DNA from: an uncultured Gaiellales bacterium
Lineage (GTDB): Bacteria > Actinomycetota > Thermoleophilia > RBG-16-64-13
Direction: 5' to 3'
DNA length: 64,000 nt
Assembly (NCBI GenBank): GCA_964631965.1
Contig: CAZWAR010000003.1
Coordinates: 2,064 to 66,063 of the forward strand
Each line of letters begins with the position of its first letter. Position 1 is the stretch's first letter. The notes beneath the pieces were generated by a model, which saw nothing but the letters and a program-made list of their open reading frames with translations, did not search any database and was not told the DNA's origin. Positions 1-10,314 of the stretch are shown here, piece by piece. The position numbers were made by a program, and so were the translations under genes.

Positions 1-455
1 GAGGATGCAGGCCATGAAGGGCTCGAGCGATACTTCCGCTTCGGTAAGCATTTTATACGGAGGGTCGACGAAGAGCAAATCAAACCTCTCCCCCGCTTGG
101 CTGAACCCCTGCAAAGCCACTCGATAGTCCGCGACCATCACCCGGCTTTCGGCCTCGTACTCCAGATCGTGGATGTTCTGTCGCAGCACGGCCGCCACGG
201 CCCGGTCCGCCTCGACGAACACACAGCGCTTCGCTCCCCGGGAGAGTGCCTCGAGACCCATGGCTCCTGTACCGGCGAAGAGGTCGAGCACCACCAGCCC
301 GGCCACGGGCCCCAACGAGTCGAAGATGGCTTCCCGGACCATCTCGCTCGTCGGGCGCACCGTGCTGTCGGAAGGCACGCGCAGGCGCCGGCTGCGCCGG
401 GCGCCTGCCACCACTCTCACACTGTTCCTCACTCCCGGCCGCATGCCACCGCCAT
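1..455 (-). CDS. rsmD: 16S rRNA (guanine966-N2)-methyltransferase RsmD, 3' end truncated by window start
   Basis: Minus-strand translation from ATG at 455 gives MRPGVRNSVRVVAGARRSRRLRVPSDSTVRPTSEMVREAIFDSL...VVLDLFAGTGAMGLEALSRGA...FVDPPY, the typical RsmD N-terminus and SAM-binding motifs. It lies downstream of recG as in many genomes. The six-frame track only shows antisense ORFs here. Confidence 0.75.
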
Positions 456-488
456 TCGCCCGCTCGCGCCTCCCTGCACCGCTGCCGC

Positions 489-2783
489 TCACACCCGCTC
501 CAGCCACGAGATCCTGCGACCGAACCGGTCTTCTGCGGCTTCCAGGAGCGCCGCCAGGCTCACGCCCTCCTGGCATTCGCCGTCGTCGCCTCCCGAACGA
601 ACTGCCGTCCCCGACCCCGGGCTTCCGCCGCCCACCGCGCGGCCGTCCGGTCGGGACACGCAGTCGAGCACGTCGGCCGCCTCGGCCCGAGCCTCCTCGA
701 GAAGAGCGCGGTCGCGGAGCAGAGACGCGACATGCAGGTCCCCCAGTCCGGACTGCCGCTCTCCGAACAGTTGGCCCGTTCCTCTGGCCCGGAGGTCGGC
801 CTCCGCCAGCGCGAAGCCGTCGTTCGTCGTCGAGAATACGCGCAGTCTCTCGAGCGCGGCGTCGTCCTCGTCGCTCGTGAGGGGGAGGAAACAATAGGAT
901 CCCGCCTCTCCCCGGCCCACGCGGCCCCGCAACTGATGCAGCTGCGAAAGTCCGAAGCGCCGCGCCCCCAGGATCACCATCACGCTTGCGTTGGGCACGT
1001 CCACCCCGACCTCGATGACGGAGGTGCTCACGAGGACGTCCGCCTCCCGAGCGGCGTATTCGGCCATCGCGGAGGCCTTCTCACCGGGGGGCAGCTGCCC
1101 GTGCAGCAACCGCAATCGGTAACCGGCCAACTCGCCTGCTTCCAACTCGGCGAAGGTCTGCCGCGCAGAGGCGGCCTCTAGACCCTCGCTCTCTTCGATG
1201 AGCGGACATACGACATAGGCCTGCCGGCCCGCTTCGATCTGCTCCCTCACGAAGCGCCACATCCGCCCCGTCGATTCCTGACCAACCAGTCTGGTGACCA
1301 CCGGCCGCCGGCCGGCGGGCATCTCGTCCAGGACGCTCACGTCGAGGTCCCCGTACAACGTGAGGCTGAGAGTACGCGGGATGGGCGTCGCCGACATGTG
1401 CAACGTGTGCGCCCGGGTCTCCTGCGCCTCCCCAGCCAAGATCGCCTCTCGCTGGCTCACGCCGAAGCGATGCTGCTCGTCCACCACAGCCAGGCGCAGA
1501 TCGTGGAAACGTACCCCTTGCTGGATAAGGGCGTGAGTCCCGACCACCACGTCCAGGTCCCCAGACTCGAGCCTCTTGCGCACCGCCCTTCGCTCCGCGG
1601 CGGTCTGGCTGCCTTTGAGCAGGCCCACACGCACCCCGTGGCGCTCCAGTTGCGCCGAAAGGCCCAGGGAGTGCTGGTCGGCCAGGACCTCGGTGGGCGC
1701 CATCAACGCTCCCTGGCCTCCTTGCTCGACGGCTCTCAGGAGACAGTACGCGGCTATCATGGTCTTGCCCGACCCGACGTCACCGTGCAGCAGACGCCGC
1801 ATGGGGACCGCCCGCCTCAGGTCGCGTTCGATCTCTGCGATCACCCGGGTCTGAGCTCCGGTCGGAGCGAAAGGCAGGTCGGCGAGATACGCAGCCGAGA
1901 GCGCGGCCGGAGCAGCCAGGGCCCGAGCCCGCTCCCGAGAGTCCTGCGCGCGCCGCCGCCTCAGCAGGGCCAACTGCAGCAACAGGAGTTCCTCGAAGGC
2001 CAGACGTTCCCGGGCTCTCGCTGCTTCCTCCAAGTCCGAGGGAAAGTGGCAGGCAATCACCGCCTCGGCCCGGCCGGCATACCGCCGCCGGGCGAGCATC
2101 GCGGGAGGAAGAGGATCACTGATGTTGACGGCGAGAGGGGCGGCCTCGTGCAGAAGTGTCCGTATCGTACGGACACTCAGGTCGGCCGTGCTCGGATAGA
2201 CAGGGACCAGTCCGAGGATGTGTCGGCTCTCTTCGGCCGCTCCGAGGATCTCGTGCCGCTTCACCACGAAGACCGGGGCCCCGCGCTGTCGCGTCAGAGT
2301 CCCCCTGAGCAACACCTCAGGCCGTTCCCGGAAAGCGGCTTCGAGGTACGACTGGTTGTACCACAGAGCCACGACGCTGCCACTCTCGTCGCTCACCAGA
2401 GCCTCCAGCACCTTGACCCGCCGACGAACCGTCTCCCGGCATGCGCAAGAGATCACTGTGCACCGCAGCGTTACCTCGGCCCCAACCACCAGATCTGCGA
2501 CCTCCACCACTCGCGACGGCGGTTCGTGACGGAACGGGAGGTGCCAAAGGAGGTCTCCCACGGTCGCGAGACCCAAGCCCCGAAGGCGGCGCTCGGTGGC
2601 CTTGCCCACTCCGCGCAGGCTCGCGATCGGGCGATCGAGCGACCCTGGGTCAAGTCTCCGCTTGGACGTCGGAGAGAGCGGCAGCCGCGAAGCCGGCTCA
2701 CCGCCTTGTGCGCCCATCTCCGCGACAGACCGCCCCTTCCCGCCGAAAGGGTAGTGCCCACTGCCGCGTGTCGCCCCGCTCAT
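489..2783 (-). CDS. recG: ATP-dependent DNA helicase RecG
   Basis: 764 aa. Contains the Walker A motif GDVGSGKT, the DEQHRFG helicase motif, a wedge domain and a C-terminal helicase domain. Confidence 0.95.
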   Translation of the reverse strand: MSGATRGSGHYPFGGKGRSVAEMGAQGGEPASRLPLSPTSKRRLDPGSLDRPIASLRGVGKATERRLRGLGLATVGDLLWHLPFRHEPPSRVVEVADLVVGAEVTLRCTVISCACRETVRRRVKVLEALVSDESGSVVALWYNQSYLEAAFRERPEVLLRGTLTRQRGAPVFVVKRHEILGAAEESRHILGLVPVYPSTADLSVRTIRTLLHEAAPLAVNISDPLPPAMLARRRYAGRAEAVIACHFPSDLEEAARARERLAFEELLLLQLALLRRRRAQDSRERARALAAPAALSAAYLADLPFAPTGAQTRVIAEIERDLRRAVPMRRLLHGDVGSGKTMIAAYCLLRAVEQGGQGALMAPTEVLADQHSLGLSAQLERHGVRVGLLKGSQTAAERRAVRKRLESGDLDVVVGTHALIQQGVRFHDLRLAVVDEQHRFGVSQREAILAGEAQETRAHTLHMSATPIPRTLSLTLYGDLDVSVLDEMPAGRRPVVTRLVGQESTGRMWRFVREQIEAGRQAYVVCPLIEESEGLEAASARQTFAELEAGELAGYRLRLLHGQLPPGEKASAMAEYAAREADVLVSTSVIEVGVDVPNASVMVILGARRFGLSQLHQLRGRVGRGEAGSYCFLPLTSDEDDAALERLRVFSTTNDGFALAEADLRARGTGQLFGERQSGLGDLHVASLLRDRALLEEARAEAADVLDCVSRPDGRAVGGGSPGSGTAVRSGGDDGECQEGVSLAALLEAAEDRFGRRISWLERV

Positions 2784-3637
2784 TCCTGGATGAAGCTGAG
2801 TGCCACCGCACCGGGGCCGACATACGTGCCGATGACCGGACCGACGATGCTGGCCGGCTGGATCCGCAGATCACGGTCCTCGACGCCGTCGATCAACGCC
2901 CGCAACTGGTTCAGCACGGGCTCGTTCAATGCGTGGGACAGGCTGACGTACACGGGGCTCCCGGGCGTGGTGCGTTCCACCAGCCCATCCCGCATTACCT
3001 CAAGGGCCTGGGACAGGCCGCGGACCTTCTTGAACACGTCGATGATGCCCTCGTCGATGACCAGCACCGGCTTGATATTGAGGAGGGTACCGACCAGATG
3101 CGAGGCCTTCCCGATCCGCCCTCCCTTGTATAGGTAGTCCAGAGTGGTGGGCAGGAAGTAGAAAGTCTTCTCTTTGACGAACCTGGTGATGTAGGCCTCG
3201 AACTCCTCCTCGGGAGTCCCCTTTTCGAGCCGCTCCATCAATCGCGCTACGAACAGGGCGATGCCCCCGGTGGCCAGTTCCGAATCCACCACCCGGACGC
3301 CGTCTATCTGACCGGCGGCCACATCAGCACTGGCGACAGTGCCGCTGAACTTGCCGCTCAAGTGCACCGAATAGACGCGGTCGTACCGCTCCCGCAGGCT
3401 TTTGTAGACATCGAGGAACGCGCCGGCCGACGGTTGCGACGTCCGCGGGAGCACCGGACCGTTCTTGAGCCGGTCGTAGAACTCCTCAGGCTTCAGGTCG
3501 ACCCAGTCGAGCCGGGCTTCCTCTCCGAAGTACACGGTCAGCGGCACTGTGGTGATACTCGGGTCGTCCGCCAGATAGTCAGGCAGGTCCGCGGTGGAAT
3601 CGACGACGATGGCCGTGGTCGTCCGGTCGATGATCAT
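2780..3637 (-). CDS. DegV family fatty-acid-binding protein (FakB)
   Basis: 285 aa with DegV signature (IVVDSTADLP, TSQPS). Has a 4-nt overlap with the recG start and is adjacent to a DAK2/FakA gene. Confidence 0.85.
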   Translation of the reverse strand: MIIDRTTTAIVVDSTADLPDYLADDPSITTVPLTVYFGEEARLDWVDLKPEEFYDRLKNGPVLPRTSQPSAGAFLDVYKSLRERYDRVYSVHLSGKFSGTVASADVAAGQIDGVRVVDSELATGGIALFVARLMERLEKGTPEEEFEAYITRFVKEKTFYFLPTTLDYLYKGGRIGKASHLVGTLLNIKPVLVIDEGIIDVFKKVRGLSQALEVMRDGLVERTTPGSPVYVSLSHALNEPVLNQLRALIDGVEDRDLRIQPASIVGPVIGTYVGPGAVALSFIQE

Positions 3638-3679
3638 CTCGGCCCGGCTCCTTTCTTTGCCAGATGAACGGGCTTCCCG

Positions 3680-5320
3680 CTATTCCGCTGAGAGCAGGAC
3701 GGGATAGAAGGGCTGGCCGCCCTGATGGAGGTCCATCTCCACCAAGGGATAGGCACCGCGTAGACTCTCCAGTGCTGCCGCCGCATGGTCTGCGTTCTCC
3801 TCGTCGCCTATCAGAGCGGTGAGCACTCCCCGACCCCCGTCCAGTAGCAGGGCCACCACCTGACTGACGACCGGTTCCAACTGGCTGCCGGCCACGACCA
3901 CCCGATCGTCGATGAGACCGATGAAGTCGTCCGCCCTGACCTGGACGCCATCCACAAGCGAGTCCCGCACGGCCCGAGTGATCTCTGCCGTCGCCACTCC
4001 CTCGATAGCCGCCCGCATGTCCCTGGCGTTCTCCGCCCCGGGCCTCCGCTTGTCGAGGGCCACGGCCGCGCTCAGTCCCGCTTGGATGGAACGGGTCGGT
4101 ACGACGATGACCTCCTTGTCGGTGAGGTTCACTGTCTGCTCCGCCGTCATGATGATGTTGCCGTTGTTGGGCAGGATGATCACCGACGGGGCCGCCGCCT
4201 TCTCCACCGCCCGCATGAGGTCTTCCGTGGAAGGGTTCATCGACTGCCCGCCTTCCACTATGAGGTCGACCCCCAGGTCGCGGAAGAGGGCCTTGTTCCC
4301 CTCGCCGGTCACCACGGCGACGACCTGGGTGAGACCGGCATCCGAGACCGACTCCTCCGTCGGCACGGCGGCGAGGCGCCGCTCGCGGGCCGCTCTCTGC
4401 TCCTTCATGTTGTCGATCTCGATCTCTGACAGTGTGCCCACCGGAGTCACCAGGGCCAGCACCGCCCCAGGTTCATCGGTGTGCACGTGCACCTTTATCT
4501 GCCGGTCGTCCCCGACCACCAGAAGGCTGTCCCCCAATCGCCCGAGCTCGTCCTCCAGCAGGGCCCTATCGAGACCCCGGCCGGTGAGCAGAAAGCTGGT
4601 GCAATAGGTGAAGTCGCCCACCTCCTCGGCTTCGGCCATCACAGGCAAGGGGGGAAGGGCCGCCTGTGCGGACCTCTTCATCGGCGCCGCCCTTCTGCCA
4701 CCTGGTCCGGCTGCGGCGCCCTCCACGAGGACCACAAGACCGAAACCTCCCGCATCGACCACTCCGGCATCGGCCAGGACCCGGAGCAGCGTGGGCGTCC
4801 TTTCCACGCTCGCCCATCCGGCAGACACCACCAGGCTCAGGAACTCCTGTAGATCGTTCCCATCGGGCGCCTCGGCTGCAGCCTCGGACATCTCCCGCAA
4901 CACGGTGAGCATCGTGCCCTCCACCGGCCTCCTCACCGCTCGATATGCGGTTTCGGTCGCGTGACGCAAAGCTCTTGTGAGGACCTCTTGGGTGACGGGT
5001 CCGTCCTGACCAAGGACCTCCATCGCTCCCCGGATGATCTGGGAGAGGATCACCCCGCTATTGCCCCTCGCCCCCATGAGAGCCGCCTGAGCAAGAGCCG
5101 AGCACACCTCTCGCTCGGCAAGCCCGTCGGGCAGCCGAGATACGGATTCGACCATGCCCTTGACTGTAAGGGCCAGGTTGGTTCCGGTGTCGCCGTCCGG
5201 CACCGGATACACGTTGAGATCGTTGATCTCCTGTTTGCGCTCCTCGAGGGCCGCGTACCCGGCGGCAAGCAGTTCCCGGGCGCGGGATGGCGTGAGCGAG
5301 TCTTCCGCGTTACTCCCCAA
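3680..5320 (-). CDS. fakA: DAK2-domain fatty acid kinase FakA (YloV-like)
   Basis: 546 aa with an N-terminal DAK2 domain (DGDTGTN). Sits in the conserved rpmB-asp23-yloV-recG neighbourhood. Confidence 0.85.
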   Translation of the reverse strand: MGSNAEDSLTPSRARELLAAGYAALEERKQEINDLNVYPVPDGDTGTNLALTVKGMVESVSRLPDGLAEREVCSALAQAALMGARGNSGVILSQIIRGAMEVLGQDGPVTQEVLTRALRHATETAYRAVRRPVEGTMLTVLREMSEAAAEAPDGNDLQEFLSLVVSAGWASVERTPTLLRVLADAGVVDAGGFGLVVLVEGAAAGPGGRRAAPMKRSAQAALPPLPVMAEAEEVGDFTYCTSFLLTGRGLDRALLEDELGRLGDSLLVVGDDRQIKVHVHTDEPGAVLALVTPVGTLSEIEIDNMKEQRAARERRLAAVPTEESVSDAGLTQVVAVVTGEGNKALFRDLGVDLIVEGGQSMNPSTEDLMRAVEKAAAPSVIILPNNGNIIMTAEQTVNLTDKEVIVVPTRSIQAGLSAAVALDKRRPGAENARDMRAAIEGVATAEITRAVRDSLVDGVQVRADDFIGLIDDRVVVAGSQLEPVVSQVVALLLDGGRGVLTALIGDEENADHAAAALESLRGAYPLVEMDLHQGGQPFYPVLLSAE

Positions 5321-5702
5321 GCCTGACCCCCTGCACGTAGATGTGCAGGCCGCTGACCGGCCTTCCCGTCATTTTCTCGACGCTGTAGGCCACTTGCGAA
5401 CGCACGTTGCCTGCTACCTCGGCCACGTTCAAGCCGTACTCGACGATGATGTAGAGCTTGATGTGCAGTTGATCGGCGCTCTGGGCGACCTTGATGCCCT
5501 GGTGAAGGCGCTCACGCGAGAGGAGCGAGGCCACTCCCTGCCGGAGGTTGGGAGACGCCATCCCCACGACCCCGTAGCATTCGAGAACCGTCCACCCGAC
5601 GATATCGGCGATCGCCTTCTCGCTGATGTTGAGATGGCCGCCGACGGCTCCCTCGCGAGCTTCTGGAGCACTACCCGCCCGCGCGCCCCTTCTTGCGCTC
5701 AT
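5310..5702 (-). CDS. Asp23/Gls24 family alkaline-shock protein (YloU-like)
   Basis: Internal start MSARRG... at 5702; Asp23 motifs (ISEKAIADIVG, YGLNVAEVAGNVRSQV). Has a 4-nt overlap with the upstream DUF1858 gene. Confidence 0.8.
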   Translation of the reverse strand: MSARRGARAGSAPEAREGAVGGHLNISEKAIADIVGWTVLECYGVVGMASPNLRQGVASLLSRERLHQGIKVAQSADQLHIKLYIIVEYGLNVAEVAGNVRSQVAYSVEKMTGRPVSGLHIYVQGVRLGE

Positions 5703-5917
5703 GCTTTCGAAGACTCCTCGATGCGGGCCAGCCTGTTGAGTTCGTCCACGACGGTTCCAGGATCTATGCCGTGCATCCTCGCCCCGTCCTCGATGGATTC
5801 CATGCTCACCCCCATACAACCGATACACGCCATACCGTGAGCGGCGAACACGTCCTTGGCGCGCGGGTCGGCCTGCAGGGCTTCCATCATCGACATGTCT
5901 TTGGTAAAGGTCGCCAT
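5699..5917 (-). CDS. DUF1858-like small redox protein (hybrid-cluster-protein-associated disulfide domain)
   Basis: 72 aa: MATFTKDMSMMEALQADPRAKDVFAAHGMACIGCMGVSMESIEDGARMHGID, typical of the DUF1858 family with a CxGC motif. Confidence 0.6.
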   Translation of the reverse strand: MATFTKDMSMMEALQADPRAKDVFAAHGMACIGCMGVSMESIEDGARMHGIDPGTVVDELNRLARIEESSKA

Positions 5918-6105
5918 CTCCTCCCCAGTCGGACATTTGTCCCTGCCTAAGTACTATACCCTACAGCACAGAGCGCTTTGTAGCTACACTAGGCGCGTCG
6001 GCCAGGCGCAGCGGTCACTGCGATTCTCCCCGGCTTGTCACGGACAACGCGTTGCGGCATACTATTGAATTCCGTGCCCGCAACCGAAGAAGCAGAGTGA
6101 TCCCC

Positions 6106-6297
6106 ATGTCCAAAGTGTGCGTCATATGCGGCAAGAAGCCCAGCTTCGGCAACAACCGCAGTCATTCCATGCGTGCCACCCCGCGCCGTTGGGATCCCAA
6201 CGTCCAGAAGGTCCGCATCCAGCTCGACGGCAAACCAACCCAGGCTTACGTCTGCGCGAAGTGCCTCAAGGCCCACAAGGTCCAGAAGGTCGCCTGA
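6106..6297 (+). CDS. rpmB: 50S ribosomal protein L28
   Basis: MSKVCVICGKKPSFGNNRSHSMRATPRRWDPNVQKV...CAKCLKAHKV, 63 aa. Start is internal to the 6052 ORF. Divergent to the asp23 cluster as in the conserved arrangement. Confidence 0.9.
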   Translation: MSKVCVICGKKPSFGNNRSHSMRATPRRWDPNVQKVRIQLDGKPTQAYVCAKCLKAHKVQKVA

Positions 6298-6315
6298 CCC
6301 TCTGACCTCGTTCCC

Positions 6316-6350
6316 GCCGGCCGGTACCACCTGTCACCGGCCGGCAGCGG
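6316..6350. terminator. Candidate bidirectional GC-rich hairpin between convergent rpmB and ribH
   Basis: ccggccggt-N10-accggccgg inverted repeat with no clear U-tract. Confidence 0.3.
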
Positions 6351-6399
6351 CGCCGGCCCATGCGCCGTGCGACTCGCCTCTCCTTGTGCTCTCCCCGTC

Positions 6400-6903
6400 C
6401 TACGCTTTCGGCTGGTCTCCGGCCGGTCGGTCGAGGTTCTTCACCAGGTTCGCCATCTCCAGAGCCGAAACGGCTGCGTCCCAGCCCTTGTTGCCCGACT
6501 TCGTGCCGGCCCGCTCCACCGCCTGTTCAATGGTGTCCGTCGTGAGCACACCGAAGATCACCGGGACCCCGGCGTCCAACTGCACCTTGGCCACGCCTTT
6601 TGCCACTTCGGAGGCCACATAGTCGAAGTGCGGCGTCGAGCCCCGGATAACCGCGCCCAGACAGATGACCGCGTCGTAGCGCTTGGTCGCTGCGAGACGC
6701 TGGGCTATCACCGGGATCTCGAACGCCCCGGGCACCCAGGCCACGTCGATATCAGCCCCTTCGGTACCATGACGCGTGAGGCAGTCCCAGGCTCCGGAAA
6801 GCAGCTTGCTGCTGATGAACTCGTTGAACCTGCTGACGACCATGGCGAAGCGAAGCCCTTCACCGTTCAGAAAACCCTCGAACACCAGCCCTTTGCTATC
6901 CAT
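6400..6903 (-). CDS. ribH: 6,7-dimethyl-8-ribityllumazine synthase
   Basis: 167 aa lumazine synthase ([19 protein letters not shown]). Confidence 0.95.
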   Translation of the reverse strand: MDSKGLVFEGFLNGEGLRFAMVVSRFNEFISSKLLSGAWDCLTRHGTEGADIDVAWVPGAFEIPVIAQRLAATKRYDAVICLGAVIRGSTPHFDYVASEVAKGVAKVQLDAGVPVIFGVLTTDTIEQAVERAGTKSGNKGWDAAVSALEMANLVKNLDRPAGDQPKA

Positions 6904-8176
6904 CGCCCTCGTCCTTTCGCTCGACTTCCGGGTATTGCAGTCCCTGATGGTGCAGGATGTGGCCCATCTTCTCTCTCTTGACCCGCAGGTAGTTCAGGTT
7001 CGCCCGGGTCGGCCTCATCTCGAGCGGTACACGCTCGGTGATGGTGAGCCCATAGCCCTCCAGCCCCACCAGCTTCCTCGGGTTGTTGGTCATGATCCTG
7101 ATGGTGGTGAGCCCCAGGTCAACCAGGATCTGGGCACCGATACCGTAATCGCGAAGGTCGGGGGCGAAACCCAGCTCCACGTTCGCCTCCACCGTATCCA
7201 GCCCCTGTTCCTGGAGTTCGTACGCACGAAGCTTGTTGAGCAGCCCGATGCCCCGGCCCTCCTGCCGCATGTACAGAAGGACGCCGGCCCCCTCCTGCTC
7301 GATCCGCTCGAGAGCGGCCTGCAACTGATCGCCGCAGTCGCAGCGCATGGAGTGGAAGACGTCTCCAGTGAGACATTCCGAGTGCACCCGTACGAGGATA
7401 TTCTCTTTCCCGGCCACGTCGCCCTTGACCAGGGCCAGGTGCTGCCCGCCGTCGAGAAGACTCTCGTATCCGTGCCCGACGAAATCTCCAAACCGCGTGG
7501 GCATCTGCACCAGCGCCGCTCGCTTGACGAGCTTCTCGGTCCTTCGCCGGTAGCGGATGAGGTCGGCCACGGTGATCATCTTGAGCCCGTGGCGCCCGCA
7601 GTATCGCATGAGATCGGGCACGCGGGCCATGGTTCCGTCTTCGTTCATGACCTCACAGATGACGCCCGCCGGAATGAGACCTGCAAGCCGGGCGAGGTCC
7701 ACGGCAGCCTCGGTCTGCCCCGTCCGGCTCAGCACCCCACCAGGCCGGGCGATGAGTGGGAACACGTGGCCCGGCTGGACGAGATCTTCCGGCCGGCTCC
7801 GCGGATCGATGGCCACCCGTATGGTATGCGCACGGTCGGCCGCGGATATCCCGGTGGTCACGCCCTCCCTGGCTTCGATCGACACCGTGAAGGCCGTGCC
7901 GAAGCGCGACGTGTTGGAACGTACCATGGGGCGTAGGTGCATGTCCTCCGCCCGCTCCTCGGTGATGGAGAGACAGATGAGACCCCGGCCGTGAGCGGCC
8001 ATGAAGTTCACCGACTCCGCCGTCACGAACTGAGCGGCCATGGTCAGGTCGCCCTCGTTCTCCCGGTCCTCGTCGTCGACCACCACCACCATGCGGCCGT
8101 TCCTGATCTCCTCGATCGCCTCCTCGATGGTGGCAAAGCCTTGTCCTTCAGTCATACTGAACGATCCTCCTATCAA
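6896..8176 (-). CDS. ribBA: Bifunctional 3,4-dihydroxy-2-butanone-4-phosphate synthase / GTP cyclohydrolase II
   Basis: 426 aa with an N-terminal DHBP synthase domain (RENEGDL) and a C-terminal GCH-II domain ([15 protein letters not shown]). Confidence 0.95.
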   Translation of the reverse strand: MIGGSFSMTEGQGFATIEEAIEEIRNGRMVVVVDDEDRENEGDLTMAAQFVTAESVNFMAAHGRGLICLSITEERAEDMHLRPMVRSNTSRFGTAFTVSIEAREGVTTGISAADRAHTIRVAIDPRSRPEDLVQPGHVFPLIARPGGVLSRTGQTEAAVDLARLAGLIPAGVICEVMNEDGTMARVPDLMRYCGRHGLKMITVADLIRYRRRTEKLVKRAALVQMPTRFGDFVGHGYESLLDGGQHLALVKGDVAGKENILVRVHSECLTGDVFHSMRCDCGDQLQAALERIEQEGAGVLLYMRQEGRGIGLLNKLRAYELQEQGLDTVEANVELGFAPDLRDYGIGAQILVDLGLTTIRIMTNNPRKLVGLEGYGLTITERVPLEMRPTRANLNYLRVKREKMGHILHHQGLQYPEVERKDEGDG

Positions 8177-8838
8177 GCGAACCCTTGTTCGCGAAGAAAT
8201 TCCTCTGTCAACCCGGCGGCGCCGGGGCCTTCGTCTCCCGCCGCGTGAGAGAGTGTCTGCAGCGCTTGCAGAACGTACCGGGCGAGCACATCCACTTCCA
8301 GGTTCACGCGCTGCCCCGCCCTCACTCCGCGCAGGGTGGTCTCGGCCAGTGTGTGCGGGATGATGCCGACCGTGAACGCATCACCGGTCACCTGCATCAC
8401 CGTGAGGGAGATCCCATCGACGGCGATCGATCCCTTGGCTGCCACGGCGCCCGCTACCTCGGCCGGCAGCGAGAGTTCCACCTCCCGGGCGATCCCCGCC
8501 TGTCTCATCCCCCGCACCACCGCAACTGCGTCGACGTGACCGAGCACCAGGTGACCCCCCAGCCGGTCCCCCCAGCGTAGGGACCGCTCCAGGTTCACCA
8601 GCGAACCGGGCTCCGCTTGACCGAGCGTGGTGCGGGAAAGGGTCTCCGGCATGCACTCCACGACGAAGCCGTCACCATCCAGACTGACGACCGTGAGACA
8701 GGCTCCGCTCACCGCGATAGAGTCCCCGATCTTCGTGCCGTCCAGCACGGCCGCGGCGCGCACGCTCAGCTTTCCTCCCGCCGGGCTCCGTTCGAGGCGC
8801 CGAACCACTCCTACCTCTTCGACTAGTCCCGTGAACAT
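8173..8838 (-). CDS. ribE: Riboflavin synthase alpha subunit
   Basis: Starts at [10 protein letters not shown] with two lumazine-binding repeats ([13 protein letters not shown] / [12 protein letters not shown]). Confidence 0.9.
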   Translation of the reverse strand: MFTGLVEEVGVVRRLERSPAGGKLSVRAAAVLDGTKIGDSIAVSGACLTVVSLDGDGFVVECMPETLSRTTLGQAEPGSLVNLERSLRWGDRLGGHLVLGHVDAVAVVRGMRQAGIAREVELSLPAEVAGAVAAKGSIAVDGISLTVMQVTGDAFTVGIIPHTLAETTLRGVRAGQRVNLEVDVLARYVLQALQTLSHAAGDEGPGAAGLTEEFLREQGFA

Positions 8839-10019
8839 CAGTACACGTCCCTGGTGTAGCCGGTCATGAGCACGTCGCACCCGCTCCTCTCCACCTCGAC
8901 CTCGCGAAGTGACAGGGCGTCTCCCATGAGCTGAGGGCCCTCACTCCACAGCGCTCCACGGTGTTCGGTCCCCGGGGCCAGCTTCGGACACAAGAAACAG
9001 GCCACCTTGTCGATGAGACCCTCAGCCCACCAGGCGCCGGCCAGGCGCCGGCCTCCCTCGAGCAGGACGCTCTGCACCCCTCGGGCGGCAAGTTCGGTCG
9101 CCACAGCCACCGGCTCGGGGTTGCCCTCCGGTCCGGAGGCCACCGTCACAACGCCGACTCCAAGGGCCCGCAGCCTGGTGGCGGCCTCGTCCGCGCCCGG
9201 GTCCCCGCCGACCACCAGCACAGGTCCTTCCGTCACGCTCCGCACCAGGGCGGCCTCCGTCGGGAGAGCCCCAGCCCGACCGACCACGACCCGTAGGGGT
9301 TGGTGGCAAGGATCGACATTGCGCGCGGTGAGTAGGGGGTCGTCCGCACGGGCCGTGCCAGCTCCAACCACCACCGCGTCGCTCCACGAACGCCAGCGGT
9401 GCACGAGTTGCCGGCTCTCAGCGCTCGATATCCAGCGAGAGTTGCCGCTGTCGGTGGCCAGACGACCATCGGCGGTCATGGCGTACTTATAGGTGACGAA
9501 CGGCAGTCCGGTGGCCACCATCTTTCGCAACGCGTCGTTCTGTCGCTTCATCCGGCGCTCGAACTCGCCTTCCGCACAGTCCACCGTCAGGCCGGCCTCA
9601 CGCAGCAGCGCCAGACCGCGCCCGTTCACCCCGGGCGTCGGGTCCACGGCCCCGACGACCAAGCGCGAGAATCCTGCGGCCACGAGGGCCGTGGTGCAGG
9701 GAGGCGTCCGGCCGAATGTGCAACAGGGCTCCAAGGTGACGTACATGGTGGTGCCTTCGCACGCGACACGAGCAGCCGCATGGTCGAGCGGGACGTTCGG
9801 GGCGGCGCTGCCCCCCGCCCGGAGGACGGCGTCCTTCATGGCGGCTATCTCCGCATGGTCCTTCCCGGGACCGGCGTGATAGCCCTCGCCCACGACGTGG
9901 GCATCCCGCACGATCACCGCCCCCACGACCGGGTTGGGACTCGTGCAGCCCCGGCCTTTTTCGGCCAGGGCGAAGGCCCGTTCGAGCATCAGGATGTCAT
10001 GCGCCTCTAGAGCAGACAT
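8838..10019 (-). CDS. ribD: Bifunctional diaminohydroxyphosphoribosylaminopyrimidine deaminase / 5-amino-6-(5-phosphoribosylamino)uracil reductase
   Basis: 393 aa with a deaminase zinc motif (HAEIAAM, TLEPCC) plus a reductase domain. Confidence 0.95.
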   Translation of the reverse strand: MSALEAHDILMLERAFALAEKGRGCTSPNPVVGAVIVRDAHVVGEGYHAGPGKDHAEIAAMKDAVLRAGGSAAPNVPLDHAAARVACEGTTMYVTLEPCCTFGRTPPCTTALVAAGFSRLVVGAVDPTPGVNGRGLALLREAGLTVDCAEGEFERRMKRQNDALRKMVATGLPFVTYKYAMTADGRLATDSGNSRWISSAESRQLVHRWRSWSDAVVVGAGTARADDPLLTARNVDPCHQPLRVVVGRAGALPTEAALVRSVTEGPVLVVGGDPGADEAATRLRALGVGVVTVASGPEGNPEPVAVATELAARGVQSVLLEGGRRLAGAWWAEGLIDKVACFLCPKLAPGTEHRGALWSEGPQLMGDALSLREVEVERSGCDVLMTGYTRDVY

Positions 10020-10190
10020 TAAGACCCCTCAGCCTCATGGCCCAGGGGTCCGCAGAGCGATGGCGTACGCTCCGGTCTTCTCTCCTCCAGACTGTACTGT
10101 CGGCCCAGGGATTCCACCTGGTCTGCCCCTGAGGGCTCGCGGGCTGTCACCGCCGGTAGGGAATTTCACCCGACCCCGAAGACCAACTAC
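10020..10190 (-). ncRNA. FMN riboswitch (RFN element) with expression platform, upstream of ribD
   Basis: Minus-strand RNA GGUCUUCGGGGUCGGGUGAAAUUCCCUACCGGCGGUGACAGCCCGCGAGCCC...GGUGGAAUCCCUGGGCCGACAGUACAGUCUGGAGGAGAGAAGACC matches the FMN aptamer consensus almost base for base (aptamer about 10074-10186, P1 GGUCUUC/GAAGACC). Downstream, a hairpin GACCCCU...AGGGGUC includes the GAGGGG Shine-Dalgarno 5 nt before the ribD ATG at 10019. Confidence 0.9.
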
Positions 10191-10314
10191 TGAATCGCAC
10201 CCGCAGGTGCAGCGGGAAATCTACCACAACCCGGACCAAGCCGTCATGTGCGGCCCCTCCGATCCTGCCCTGCCCTGCTCGGGCAGGCCGGCCCGTCCCG
10301 CGACCGATCCCCGG

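Noticed and set aside
97-3137. Long plus-strand ORFs (97-897, 173-880, 246-1181, 1398-3137, 2441-3133) with Arg/Pro/Ala-rich translations
   Set aside because: They are antisense to well-supported rsmD/recG. The composition is typical of out-of-frame reading of high-GC DNA, with no recognisable motifs.
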